Origin: Candidatus Latescibacterota bacterium | Lineage (GTDB): Bacteria; Latescibacterota; UBA2968; UBA8231 | DNA length: 49,007 nucleotides | Assembly (NCBI GenBank): GCA_965205655.1 | Contig: CBDBIJ010000068.1 | Location: 1-49,007, forward strand | Direction: 5' to 3' | Part shown: in pieces, positions 19,367 to 28,559 of the stretch | How the letters are laid out: each line of letters starts with the position of its first letter | How positions within the stretch are numbered: position 1 is the stretch's first letter | Notes under the pieces: generated by a model | The model's database searches: none | Told to the model about the DNA's origin: nothing | The model's input: the letters and a program-made list of their open reading frames with translations, nothing else | Program-made: the position numbers and the translations under genes

Positions 19367-19552
19367 ATTCTCGGCTTCAAATCTTTTTGCCTGAAAGTCG
19401 AAGTTTTTTCCAAAATCAAGAGGAAAATTCCGTACATTGAGGCCTCGACTTTCGCATCCGTCCATTCAAAACCTGCGGAAACAGCGATGTGAAAGCGTAG
19501 CATCAACTTTGAAGTGCGACACTCAGGGATTGTAGCACTCCTCTGGGGTTAG

Positions 19553-21103
19553 CCTTGATTCGGCATTAACTCGGTGAAATTTTGGCTGTTCAGTGCGCGC
19601 CATTCGGCGGTGAATTTGAGAATCTCCCATAGCAAAAAGGCCTTTCGTTCCGGTTATTCGGAAGTGGCGATACTCCCTTTTCACCAAAAACGAAAGGCCA
19701 CGTACCGTGAGACGAAAGAAAGCGGATTTGAGGACGCGCGTCAACCACAATTTGGCCGTCGAATTCACCGCCGAAGGCCTCACTTCGTATGCCGGTTTGG
19801 AGCTGTTGATCCGGTATTTGCGCGGCATCGGATGGAACCGTCAATTGCGTCGGCACCTGTCTGCCGTCGTTCCGGGCAGTGATTTCGGCATGGTAGGTCT
19901 GTGTCGGGTGCTCCTCGGTCTGCTGGTGGTGGGTGGCCGTCGACTGCGACATCTGGGCTTCTTGCAAGGAGATCCTTTGCTGCAGCGGTTTTGCGGTCTG
20001 AAAGACCTGCCCACCGACGGCAGTGTCAGCCGCTGGCTCAAACGCTTCACGGTGGGCGCCGAAGAGGCGTTGAAAACGCTCAACGCCGATGTCGTCGCCG
20101 GGGTGATCGGTCTGTTGAAGGCCCGCACACTGAGCATCGACATCGATGGCACGGTGCTGTGCACCGGCCACAAGGTCGGCGGTGCCTGCCGTGGGTACAA
20201 CCCGCATCATCGCAAGGTCCCCAGTTACTATCCCATCACCGCTTACCTGGCCGACAGCGGTCATTTTCTCCGGCTCCACAACCGTCCGGGCAACGTCAAC
20301 GATGGCGCTTCCTCCATCCCATTTCTACAGGCGGTGTTCGAGCAAATCGAACAGACCCTGGGGCGCTCATACCGGCTGCGATTTCGCATGGACGGCGCCT
20401 TTTTCAGAGAGGATGTGATGGCGACGCTGGATGCTCATCGCGCCCAGTATGCTATCAAGGTGCCGTTCTGGCGCTGCCTGGACCTGCAAACCCAGATCCG
20501 CCAACGTCGTCGTTGGCAGCGCGTCGAAGACGGCATCGACGGCTTCTTTTCTTCGGTCAAGGTCGGCAAGTGGAAACGCACCCTTAACGTGGTCATCTTT
20601 CGCAAGCGGGTGATGCATCCCACGCGCAAGAATTACCAGTTGGACCTGTTCGAGCCGGATAACGGCACCTGGGAATACTCCGCGCTGGCCACCAACCTAC
20701 CTTTCGATGCAAAATCGCTCTGGCGCTTCATGGGTGGTCGCGGCCTACACGAAAAAGCCATCGGCGAACTCAAGACGGGGCTGGCCTTCGACGCCATTCC
20801 CACGGATGACTACCGGGCCAACAGCGTCTGGCAACAATTTGTCGTGCTGGCGCACAATCTCCTAGCCAATTTCCAGATCGAATCCGGGCTAATAAAGCGC
20901 CACCGAACCAGGAAGAATACCGCCCGCTGGGCCCTGAAATCCGTGCGCACGCTACGTTTCGAGCTGTTCAACCGCGCCGGACACTTGATGCACCCGGAAG
21001 GACGAGCCACTTTGCGTCTGCAACGCAACAAGAAGGCCGAAAAACAGTTCCGGAAAATCAGCGCAGCTCTACGAAAAGTCGCCTGATTTTTGCCGAATCA
21101 AGG
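19553..21103 (+). mobile_element. IS1380-family insertion sequence, 1551 bp
   Basis: Perfect 13-bp terminal IRs CCTTGATTCGGCA / TGCCGAATCAAGG; 4-bp target duplication TTAG at 19549-19552 and 21104-21107. Confidence 0.93.
19707..21086 (+). CDS. IS1380-family DDE transposase
   Basis: 'LTSYAGL', 'IDIDGT', 'RPGN', 'FRMDGAF', 'GRGLHEKAIGELK'; intact 459 aa. Confidence 0.9.
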   Translation: MRRKKADLRTRVNHNLAVEFTAEGLTSYAGLELLIRYLRGIGWNRQLRRHLSAVVPGSDFGMVGLCRVLLGLLVVGGRRLRHLGFLQGDPLLQRFCGLKDLPTDGSVSRWLKRFTVGAEEALKTLNADVVAGVIGLLKARTLSIDIDGTVLCTGHKVGGACRGYNPHHRKVPSYYPITAYLADSGHFLRLHNRPGNVNDGASSIPFLQAVFEQIEQTLGRSYRLRFRMDGAFFREDVMATLDAHRAQYAIKVPFWRCLDLQTQIRQRRRWQRVEDGIDGFFSSVKVGKWKRTLNVVIFRKRVMHPTRKNYQLDLFEPDNGTWEYSALATNLPFDAKSLWRFMGGRGLHEKAIGELKTGLAFDAIPTDDYRANSVWQQFVVLAHNLLANFQIESGLIKRHRTRKNTARWALKSVRTLRFELFNRAGHLMHPEGRATLRLQRNKKAEKQFRKISAALRKVA

Positions 21104-22109
21104 TTAGATATCCGAGTCGTTTTCGTGGTCTTCGGTTGAGTTTTCGTGCGATGGCGTTGCAGTCGTACTGGGTGAGGTCGGCCATGCTTTTTTTCTTGGA
21201 CAAGTACTGTCGAATGAGGCCGTTGGTGTTCTCGTTGGTGCCTCGTTCCCAGGCGTGATGGGGATTGGCGAAGTAGAAGCGGGTATCGGTGACGCGCTCG
21301 ATGTCGGCGTAGCTGTGGAATTCGGTTCCGTTGTCTGCGGTGATGGTGTGTACGGGTCGGGGTTGGCGGTGGATGAGCTGGAGAGTCCGTCGGCTGAGCT
21401 CGTCGGCCGTTCGCGCGTTGAGCTTTCCGATCTCGACGTACCCGGTCTTTCGTTCCACGAGGGTGACGACGCACGGCCTGCCGTCGCCGAGCATTGTGTC
21501 GGCCTCCCAGTGTCCGACGCGGGAGCGGTTGTCGGCCGCGGCGGGTCGGTCCTCGATCGGCCTCTTTCCGGCCAGTCGTCCTCGAGAGTCGTAGGTGCCG
21601 TGTCGCTTACGTCGTAGTTTGGTGGCGCCGCGCAGGTGCTGGTAGAGGGAGCCACCGCGTCGTTTGTCAGCCCAGACGTGACGATAAATGGTCTCGTGGC
21701 TGATCTCGAGGATTCGGTAGCGACGGAGCCATCCAGCGATCTGCTCGGGGCTCCAGTCGTTCTTGAGCAGTTCCTGGACGAGATCCCAGTCAGCGGTGGA
21801 GAGGCGGAAGTTCCGCCGCGAGTGCGACCGCCTGGTGCGCGCGTAGCCGTGCGCCTGCAAAGGCCGGTAGAATCCATCCGCTCGCCCGCGGTTGCGTTGG
21901 ACCTCTCGATAGATCGAACTTGGATGCCGTCCAAGGGTCCGTGCGATCTCAGCCACGGTTACCTCTTTTCGTCTCAGTGCCCAAATGATGTATCGTTCTT
22001 CACAGGTGATCTGGTGATACGCCAACGTAGCCTCCCTTCCTTTAGCCGGGTTAGGAGACTACAGTATCCCAGATCGCCTCTTATCGCACTTAGTATGTGA
22101 ATTCGCGGA

Positions 22110-22349
22110 GCAGATCAGCAGGCAGCCCAGACGGAGCGCATAACGCTGGCCTATCGTCGTCTCGCCAACGCCATGATTCTCAGTACGTTACGAGAGATTT
22201 CGAAGAAGGACGAGCGGCTTGACGAGGTACTCGAGTTCGCTTTCGTCGAGAGCAGGCGGGTCGATCCGTGGTGCGAGCTGGCGGGTCTTGAACCGGAAGT
22301 GGTGCGGCAGGCCGCGCGCCGCCTGGTAGGGGAAGGCGCCACTGTTTGA
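22110..22349 (+). pseudogene. 3' part of a small hypothetical gene probably decapitated by the IS30 insertion
   Basis: Open frame 'ADQQAAQTERITLAYRRLANAMILSTLREISKKDERLDEVLEFAFVESRRVDPWCELAGLEPEVVRQAARRLVGEGATV*' starting at the IS end and followed by a strong terminator; absent from the ORF track. Confidence 0.55.
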
Positions 22350-22372
22350 GAGTCGTTCGCTGAGTCTTGTTG

Positions 22373-22401
22373 CCCCGGGAGGTTTCTCCCGGGGTTTTTT
22401 T
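22373..22401 (+). terminator. Intrinsic terminator
   Basis: CCCCGGGAG-GTTT-CTCCCGGGG followed by T7. Confidence 0.9.
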
Positions 22402-22459
22402 GTTGCCAGACCCAGAGCGCGCGGACGGCCAGCGCGCCAAGGTGCCAGACGCGAGGCTG

Positions 22460-24775
22460 CTACCGCCCGGCGCTCATGCGCCGCCGGCGCACGTAGTCGA
22501 GCACACCCTTCACCACTTTTTCTGCATCTCTGTGCCGCAGTTGCTCGTAGCGCAGAGCCCAGGCGTGATCGACGTAGGCGAGGTTGCGAAGCTCTACGAG
22601 GACCTTGACGTATGCCGGATTGTCCCGCAGCACCGCCAGGCCCTGACCGCGGGTGCGGGTGCCGGCGCCGAGTGCCGGCACGAGGGCGCGGGCGAACTCG
22701 CGAGATCGGAGGTCGCGCTTGCGGCCGTTTCGGCTCTCGTAATACAGCACGAGAGGCGCCTCCGGCGAGTGCCTATCGATGTCGGCGTGAAAGGAAAGGA
22801 ATATTCGACGGCCCTTCGGGGAGCCAGCGAAGGCTTCGCGGGCGATCTTCACCCGAGCGTCGAGACCTCGACGGCTGCCGCTGGGCCACTGGCTGCGCCG
22901 GTTGGACTTGTTGAGCTGATAACTGTTGTAGACCTCGTTCTTCTCGTGCACGAAGGTCAGTGCAGGCGGCGCACTCTGACGGATGAGATGGTTGGGGCTC
23001 AGCAGGGTCATCTCCACATGGGCGCCGTGGAGCCGGAACAGGACGTAGGTGCGCAGGGCGATATCGTAGACATATTCGTCTTCGACGACATACAACTCCT
23101 TGCCGCTGCCGTCTAAACTCGGCACCACCGCGCCGGGATCGAGCCCGCCGTGACCCGGATCGAGCACGATGTGCCACCCCTTGAGCTCGTCGCTGAGCCG
23201 GCCCATGCCGGCGACGGCCCGCTCGAAACCCGTCCACAGCGTGCGGGCCTGACGATAGGTCTTCAGCGGAGAGGCCGGATGGCCTTCGAAATAGGTGGCC
23301 GACTTCTGTTGGTCTGCCCGCGGTCGCCGTTTGTAGTAGGGTCCGTTGCCGAGGGACACCTCCTCCACCCCGGAGGGCGAAACGCGAAGATCTGCCCAGC
23401 GGATCTCCGACACCTCCAGCCATTTCGTCGGTCGTCCCAGAAGGGGCCGCACCTTCAACTGCCGTCCCGGATGAATGACGGAGCCATCGAGGGTGTTGAC
23501 GCGCTTCAACTCGGCGACGCTCATCTGATGGAGCCGGGCGATCTCGCTGAGGTTGTCGCCCCTCAGCACTGTGTAGAGCTCGAGGCGCCGCGCCTTCTTC
23601 GGGTTCAGCCTGAGCTCCTGCCCGGGATAGATGACATCGCCGCGCAGGCCGTTTATCTCCTTCACCTCTGAAACCGTCATGCTGTAAGCGCGCGCGATCT
23701 CCCAGAGGGCGTCACCGCGTTCGACGATGTGGGTGGCGCTCGGAGTCGTCTTGAGTCTCAGCTTCTGGCCGACGAGGATGCGGTCACTGTCGATGCCGTT
23801 GAGTCGCCTGAGCTCTCGCAGCTCGATGCTGTAGGCAACAGCGATTGCCGACAGCGTCTCTCCCGCCAGGACGACGTGCACACCCTCGTCCTTCCTGGAC
23901 GGCCGCAGTTTCAGTTTTTGCCCGGAGCGGATGTGGTCGTCGGGAAGCTTGTTGAGCTGTCGCAGCAGGCCGAGGCCGACATCGAAGCGGAGCGCAATTT
24001 CCGATAGCGTATCGCCTTTCCTGACGACGTATTCTGCGACCTCTTCTTCTGACGTGGACGGCGGTGCAACAACCCCTTCCGACGTCGCTCTGGCGGGCCG
24101 CAGGCGCAGCCTCTGTCCGACAGTGATTCTGTTTGTAGACAGGGTGTTGAGTTTCTTGAGGCGCGACAAGCTGACTTTGTGTGCGAGTGCGATCTCCGAG
24201 AGGGTGTCGCCGCGCTTTACGACATGGATGTCGCGATTTCGGTCAGGTGATGCAGCAGACCGTCTGGCCTTCGAGGGCCGAGGGGGCGGCTGATTCCGGA
24301 GCACGAGCTTTTGACCGACGTGAATGCGATCGTCTTTGAGGCCGCTGAGGCGCTTGACGCTGTTCGCAGAGACGCCGAACCGCTGCGCAATCCCGGACAG
24401 GGTATCGCCCCGGCGGGTGGTGTAGGTCGTAGCCCGGTCGAGCCCCAGACTCAATCTCTGGCCGGCCAGAATACGGTCGCCGCGGATGCCGTTCCACCGA
24501 CGCAACTGGCCCACCGAGACCCCGTATCGCTTGGCGATTTTGCTGAGGTTCTCGGTGGGCCGGACCACGTGAACACGTGGTTGCCGAGGGGGTTGAGCGG
24601 AGGTCGCCTGCGCTGGGCCGGCGACCGTCGGTCCGGGTTGCAACAGACACCAGACCGACAGGAGTAAGGAGAGGGATGCCAGTGGCTCGAGGCGCCTGCC
24701 GGACCGCGGCTGCAGCCGTCCCGGCTGAAGCCATGCGTGTAAGGCGCGGCGATGCGGGCGCGGATGTCCGGGCAT
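22460..24775 (-). CDS. N-acetylmuramoyl-L-alanine amidase (Amidase_3) with seven N-terminal LysM domains
   Basis: Seven 'V..GDTL..IA..(x)..L...N......I..GQ.L' LysM units; Zn ligands in 'IVLDPGHGG', 'VEDEY', 'FLSFHAD'; catalytic 'LVEL'. Confidence 0.9.
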   Translation of the reverse strand: MPGHPRPHRRALHAWLQPGRLQPRSGRRLEPLASLSLLLSVWCLLQPGPTVAGPAQATSAQPPRQPRVHVVRPTENLSKIAKRYGVSVGQLRRWNGIRGDRILAGQRLSLGLDRATTYTTRRGDTLSGIAQRFGVSANSVKRLSGLKDDRIHVGQKLVLRNQPPPRPSKARRSAASPDRNRDIHVVKRGDTLSEIALAHKVSLSRLKKLNTLSTNRITVGQRLRLRPARATSEGVVAPPSTSEEEVAEYVVRKGDTLSEIALRFDVGLGLLRQLNKLPDDHIRSGQKLKLRPSRKDEGVHVVLAGETLSAIAVAYSIELRELRRLNGIDSDRILVGQKLRLKTTPSATHIVERGDALWEIARAYSMTVSEVKEINGLRGDVIYPGQELRLNPKKARRLELYTVLRGDNLSEIARLHQMSVAELKRVNTLDGSVIHPGRQLKVRPLLGRPTKWLEVSEIRWADLRVSPSGVEEVSLGNGPYYKRRPRADQQKSATYFEGHPASPLKTYRQARTLWTGFERAVAGMGRLSDELKGWHIVLDPGHGGLDPGAVVPSLDGSGKELYVVEDEYVYDIALRTYVLFRLHGAHVEMTLLSPNHLIRQSAPPALTFVHEKNEVYNSYQLNKSNRRSQWPSGSRRGLDARVKIAREAFAGSPKGRRIFLSFHADIDRHSPEAPLVLYYESRNGRKRDLRSREFARALVPALGAGTRTRGQGLAVLRDNPAYVKVLVELRNLAYVDHAWALRYEQLRHRDAEKVVKGVLDYVRRRRMSAGR

Positions 24776-25086
24776 GGGCGCACTCGTACGGCGGGTGCTT
24801 CAGTTTCGAGGAACAGTTAGGAACGGGAGAGAGATTCGCGCAGGAGGGTAACGCCAAGTATACCGCGAATCTGGCGATCTCGCAAAGATTGGCTGCAGAC
24901 CCGACCCGCAGTGCGGCTCGACCGCGGTCGAGCCGTAACATCCTCAGAAGCTACGAGCGGAAATAGAGTAGGAGTTTTGCGTCGGCTATGTGTCCCCATC
25001 GGCACACACTGGTGTGAGGGCCATACACGCTGGCGGGCGTCGCGATCGCTACGAAATCGCAGATCTCATTCCATCGTCACAGTTTC

Positions 25087-25101
25087 TGGCACCGCGGTAG
25101 C
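25087..25101 (+). promoter_or_regulatory. Possible sigma54 -24/-12 promoter upstream of selA
   Basis: TGGCACCGCGGTAGC has GG-N10-GC spacing and is close to the TGGCAC-N5-TTGC consensus. Confidence 0.3.
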
Positions 25102-25171
25102 GATATGGCTATCGTACGCCGATGGAGAGCGCGCATTGCGATGAGGACTCCGTTCGCGCCGTAGGAGCGCC

Positions 25172-26623
25172 ATGAAAATCGACGTCAAATCACTCCCGTC
25201 GGTAGGCCAGGTTCTCGCCGAAGAGTCGGTCACTGCGGTGCTACGCACCCACAATCGGGAGTACGTGGTGGCCAAGGTGAGGGGAACAATACAGCGACTG
25301 CGCCAGGGAATGCTCTCAGAAGGGGCCGGCTCAGGCGACGATTCGAAGGAACGCGCCGTCGACCGTGCCGAGCTCCTCGATCTGGTCGTAACAGAGGTGC
25401 GCAAGGTGGTCGCCGAAGGTGAGGTGCCGAGCCTGCACAGGGTGATAAATGCCACCGGTGTCATTCTGCACACCGGCCTAGGGCGAGCGCCGCTCCCCGG
25501 GGTGGCGCTGGCGGCAGTGAGCGAGGCGGCAGAGCGCTATTGTAACCTCGAGCTCGATCTGGCCAGCGGCTCTCGAGGCTCGCGGCTGACTCATGTGGAA
25601 TCCCTCATCTGCGAGCTGTCCGGATCCGAGAGCGCAGCGGTGGTGAACAACAACGCCGCCGCCGTGATGCTGATGCTCAACACGCTTGCTCGGGATCGCG
25701 AGGTGGTCGTGTCGCGGGGACAGCTGGTGGAGATCGGCGGCTCGTTTCGCATTCCGGACATCATCGCGGTGAGCGGGGCCCGCATTCGCGAGGTGGGCAC
25801 GACGAATCGGACGCACCTGCGCGACTACGAAAACGCGATCGGAACGCAGACGGCCCTCATCCTGGCCGTCCATCCAAGCAACTACGAGGTACAGGGTTTC
25901 ACCGCCGAGGTCGAACTCGACGAGCTCGTGGCGCTCGGCAAGAAGGCGAATCTCCCGGTAGCGTACGATCTGGGAGCCGGCGCTCTGCTCGGCCTCGAAC
26001 GATGGGGACTACCACACGAGCCGGTGGTTTCAGACTGTCTGCAGACCGGAGTCGATGTGGTCACCTTCAGCGGCGACAAGATTCTCGGTGGGCCTCAGGC
26101 GGGAATCGCGGCCGGGAGCCGACAATGGGTCGAGCCGATGACGCAGAGCCCGATGATGCGGGCGCTTCGCTGTGACAAGCTGATCTTGGCGGCGCTGGAG
26201 GCAACGCTGCGACTTTTCAGGCTCGATGCCGAGGCGTTGCTCGGCGCGCACCCGGTGCTGCGCATGATGACGGAATCAGAGGACGCGGTAGAGGGCAGAG
26301 CCAATGCCATTCTCGCGGCGCTGTCGACGGGGACACGAGAGCGCGCAGGCGCGACAGTGTCGCCGTGTCAGGCGCAGGTCGGGAGCGGCTCGCTGCCATT
26401 GGAGGAACTGCCGAGCTACGCCCTCGTCTGTGAGCCATCGAGCTGCTCTGCCGAAGAGCTGGCGCGACGACTGCGGGCAGCCTCACCCCCGGTGGTGGGG
26501 CGCATCAATCGGGAGCAAGTCATTCTCGATATGCGTACTGTGCGAGGCGACGAAATGGAGGGTCTGATCCGCGCCTTGACCGGGGCGGTGGAATCAATCA
26601 GCGCAGAGCGGGCAGGTGAGTGA
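25172..26623 (+). CDS. selA: L-seryl-tRNA(Sec) selenium transferase
   Basis: 'LPSV', 'VINATGVILHTGLGRAPL', 'VVNNNAAAV', 'SRGQLVEIGGSFRIPD', 'EVGTTNRT', PLP-lysine 'FSGDKILGGPQAG'. Confidence 0.97.
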   Translation: MKIDVKSLPSVGQVLAEESVTAVLRTHNREYVVAKVRGTIQRLRQGMLSEGAGSGDDSKERAVDRAELLDLVVTEVRKVVAEGEVPSLHRVINATGVILHTGLGRAPLPGVALAAVSEAAERYCNLELDLASGSRGSRLTHVESLICELSGSESAAVVNNNAAAVMLMLNTLARDREVVVSRGQLVEIGGSFRIPDIIAVSGARIREVGTTNRTHLRDYENAIGTQTALILAVHPSNYEVQGFTAEVELDELVALGKKANLPVAYDLGAGALLGLERWGLPHEPVVSDCLQTGVDVVTFSGDKILGGPQAGIAAGSRQWVEPMTQSPMMRALRCDKLILAALEATLRLFRLDAEALLGAHPVLRMMTESEDAVEGRANAILAALSTGTRERAGATVSPCQAQVGSGSLPLEELPSYALVCEPSSCSAEELARRLRAASPPVVGRINREQVILDMRTVRGDEMEGLIRALTGAVESISAERAGE

Positions 26624-27051
26624 CGCGTTACGGTGGTAGGCTCCGCGCTACCCTCGGTCTCACCCTGTGGGTGGTGACGACGGCCGGGTGTGGTGGAGAA
26701 GGTAACGGCAGCGGTGAAAACGGCGTCTCAGCGAACGGGACGCAGCCGGGTTCCGTATCGGTACGAAACGACACGGCATTCCCGGTAGAGGTGGCCTACC
26801 TCGATTCGGTGTCGGCTCGGGAGCCGAGTGTCGTGCGGGTCACGATCGATTCGGGCAGCCAGCGGGAGGTGACGGACGGGGACCTGCCAGCGGGAATGGA
26901 GATCGAGCTGGATGTCGCCCTGGGGCCGACAAAAGACGGGCACCGGGTGCGACGCAAAGTGCGGGTGAGGGTGGAGGGGGATCTGGTGCTGCGGGTAGCG
27001 CTTGAAGATCCGGGCGACCCCTTCAGTGTGCAGTTTGTGGAGGAACGGTAG
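26620..27051 (+). CDS. Hypothetical lipoprotein
   Basis: Lipobox-like 'VVTTAGC' followed by a Gly/Ser/Asn linker and a beta-rich domain; GTGA overlap with the selA stop. Confidence 0.65.
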   Translation: MTRYGGRLRATLGLTLWVVTTAGCGGEGNGSGENGVSANGTQPGSVSVRNDTAFPVEVAYLDSVSAREPSVVRVTIDSGSQREVTDGDLPAGMEIELDVALGPTKDGHRVRRKVRVRVEGDLVLRVALEDPGDPFSVQFVEER

Positions 27052-27059
27052 GACCGAGC

Positions 27060-28101
27060 CTACACGAACTGGTCTTCGGAGTTGCCCCGCACGATCTGGA
27101 CCTGTCCCCTGGTCCTCGAGCTGGCGGATTTTCTGGACGATACGGAGCTGGATCTCCTCCACCTCGCTCAATCGCATTGGGCCGCTGAACTCGATTTCGT
27201 CCTCGATGAAGCTGCGCACTCGCTCGGACATGTTGCTGAGGATCTTCTCCTTGACTTCCTCGCTGGCGGCCTTCAGCGCGATGACCAGATCCTTCTGCTC
27301 CACTTCGCGCAGCACGGTCTGGATCTCCCGGTCCGTCATTTTGTGGATATCCTCGAAGACGAACATCATGTTGCGGACGATCTCGGCCACTTCGGGATCC
27401 TGAGCGTCCATCCTGTCCAACACGTTCTTCTCCACCGAACCGCCGGTGAGGTTGAGCATGTCCGCGACGACCTTGGGGCCGCCGACATCCTGATTGCCGC
27501 CCAGAATGTCGCGCAGATTTGCTTCGAGACTGTCCTCAATCTGCTTGAGGACGCTGGGGGTGATGTTCTCCATGGTGGCGATGCGGTAGGCCACCTCTCC
27601 CTGGATGCGCTCGGGCAGCTGGCCGATGATTCCGGCAGCGTTCTCGGGCTCGAGCTGGGACGGGATGAGGGCGATTGTCTGCGGATGCTCATGTGAGATG
27701 AACGGCGCCAGCTGTTCGGGCGGCACGTTCTTGAGCAGATAGAATCCCGAGGAGACCGTGCTCATGATGCGGTCGAGGATCTCCTGCGCCTTCCGTGGAC
27801 CAACCGCTCGTTCGAGCGTGCCGCGGGCGAAGTCGACCCCGCCCTGGCTCATGTACTCGCCGGCGAGCAGATGTTGCTCGAACTCGGCGAGGATCTCGTC
27901 CTGGAGTCCGGATGGGAGGTACTTGATCTCCGTGATGGTCTGAGTGATCTCCTCGATCTCGTAGTCGGTCAGAAATTTCATGACATCGGCGGCGTTCTCC
28001 TGGCCGAGGGCGACCATGAGGACCGCCACCTTCTGTTGGGGAGACAGCGTGCTTTCTTCCTGCTGAGCTTGCTTCGATTCTTTGCCAGTGTCGCTCTGCA
28101 T
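27060..28101 (-). CDS. fliG: Flagellar motor switch protein FliG, full length (one +1 frameshift in the C-run near 27107)
   Basis: 'QKVAVLMVALG', 'GGVDFARGTLERAVG', EHPQ motif, 'VGGPKVVADMLN', MFVF motif, 'MSERVRSFIEDE...GPMRLSEVEEIQ'; corrected end 'DQGQVQIVRGNSEDQFV*' with TAG at 27060-27062. Confidence 0.92.
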
Positions 28102-28559
28102 GTGCAGTACCCTCGCTTGCCACGGCGGGTATGGAGAAGGAAGTTCCCCATCCCGAGCTCGGATGGCCTTAGACTAAAAACATCATAACCGATTGAAAAC
28201 AAAATATTTGCGCGTTACGTGCCCAGGCGCAGGCAGTCTCTGAACGGCGCCTGGACCATTTCATGCAAATCAGAGACCAGAGCGAGTTTGAGGGCTCCAA
28301 CTCCAGTCCAGGCGAGGCTGCAAACTCCTTGCCCCCCTGGCAGACCGTGGTTATATTGTCACTAACGCTGTATAAAATCTACAGTTCCTCCCCTTTTCCG
28401 TTATACCCCACATCAGTCCTCCCAGGCGGAGCCACGCCTCCCCGGGACTACCGTCCCGGCTTGGCCGAAACTCCACGACTCCCCTCTACGAGCCTGCCAG
28501 CGGAGAGATCCGCTCACGGCAGCCAAGGTGGCGGGATGTTCGATTTGGATCTGTAGATC

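Larger units (their letters stand above)
19523..22025 (-). pseudogene. IS30 transposase split by IS1380 (main part 21104-22025, last residues at 19523-19548)
   Basis: HTH 'IARTLGRHPSSIYREVQRN', 'WSPEQIAG', DDE 'HWEADT' / 'ITADNGTEF' / 'ERGTNEN'; removing the IS1380 restores 'RPRKRLGYLTPEECYNP*'. Confidence 0.9.
19496..22107 (-). mobile_element. IS30-family element (about 1.06 kb without the insert), interrupted by an IS1380 element
   Basis: Imperfect terminal IRs sharing TCA...AAGTGCGA (CGTAGCATCAACTTTGAAGTGCGA at 19496; reverse complement CGCGAATTCACATACTAAGTGCGA ending 22107); exact ends uncertain by 1-2 bp. Confidence 0.8.

Noticed and set aside
26728..27059. Apparent 110-aa C-terminal extension of FliG overlapping the lipoprotein gene
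   Set aside because: Removing one C from the run near 27107 gives a normal FliG end with a stop at 27060-27062.
28263..28556. 97-aa ORF in the fliG divergent region
   Set aside because: Runs through AT-rich promoter-like DNA, has atypical composition and no RBS; more likely non-coding.
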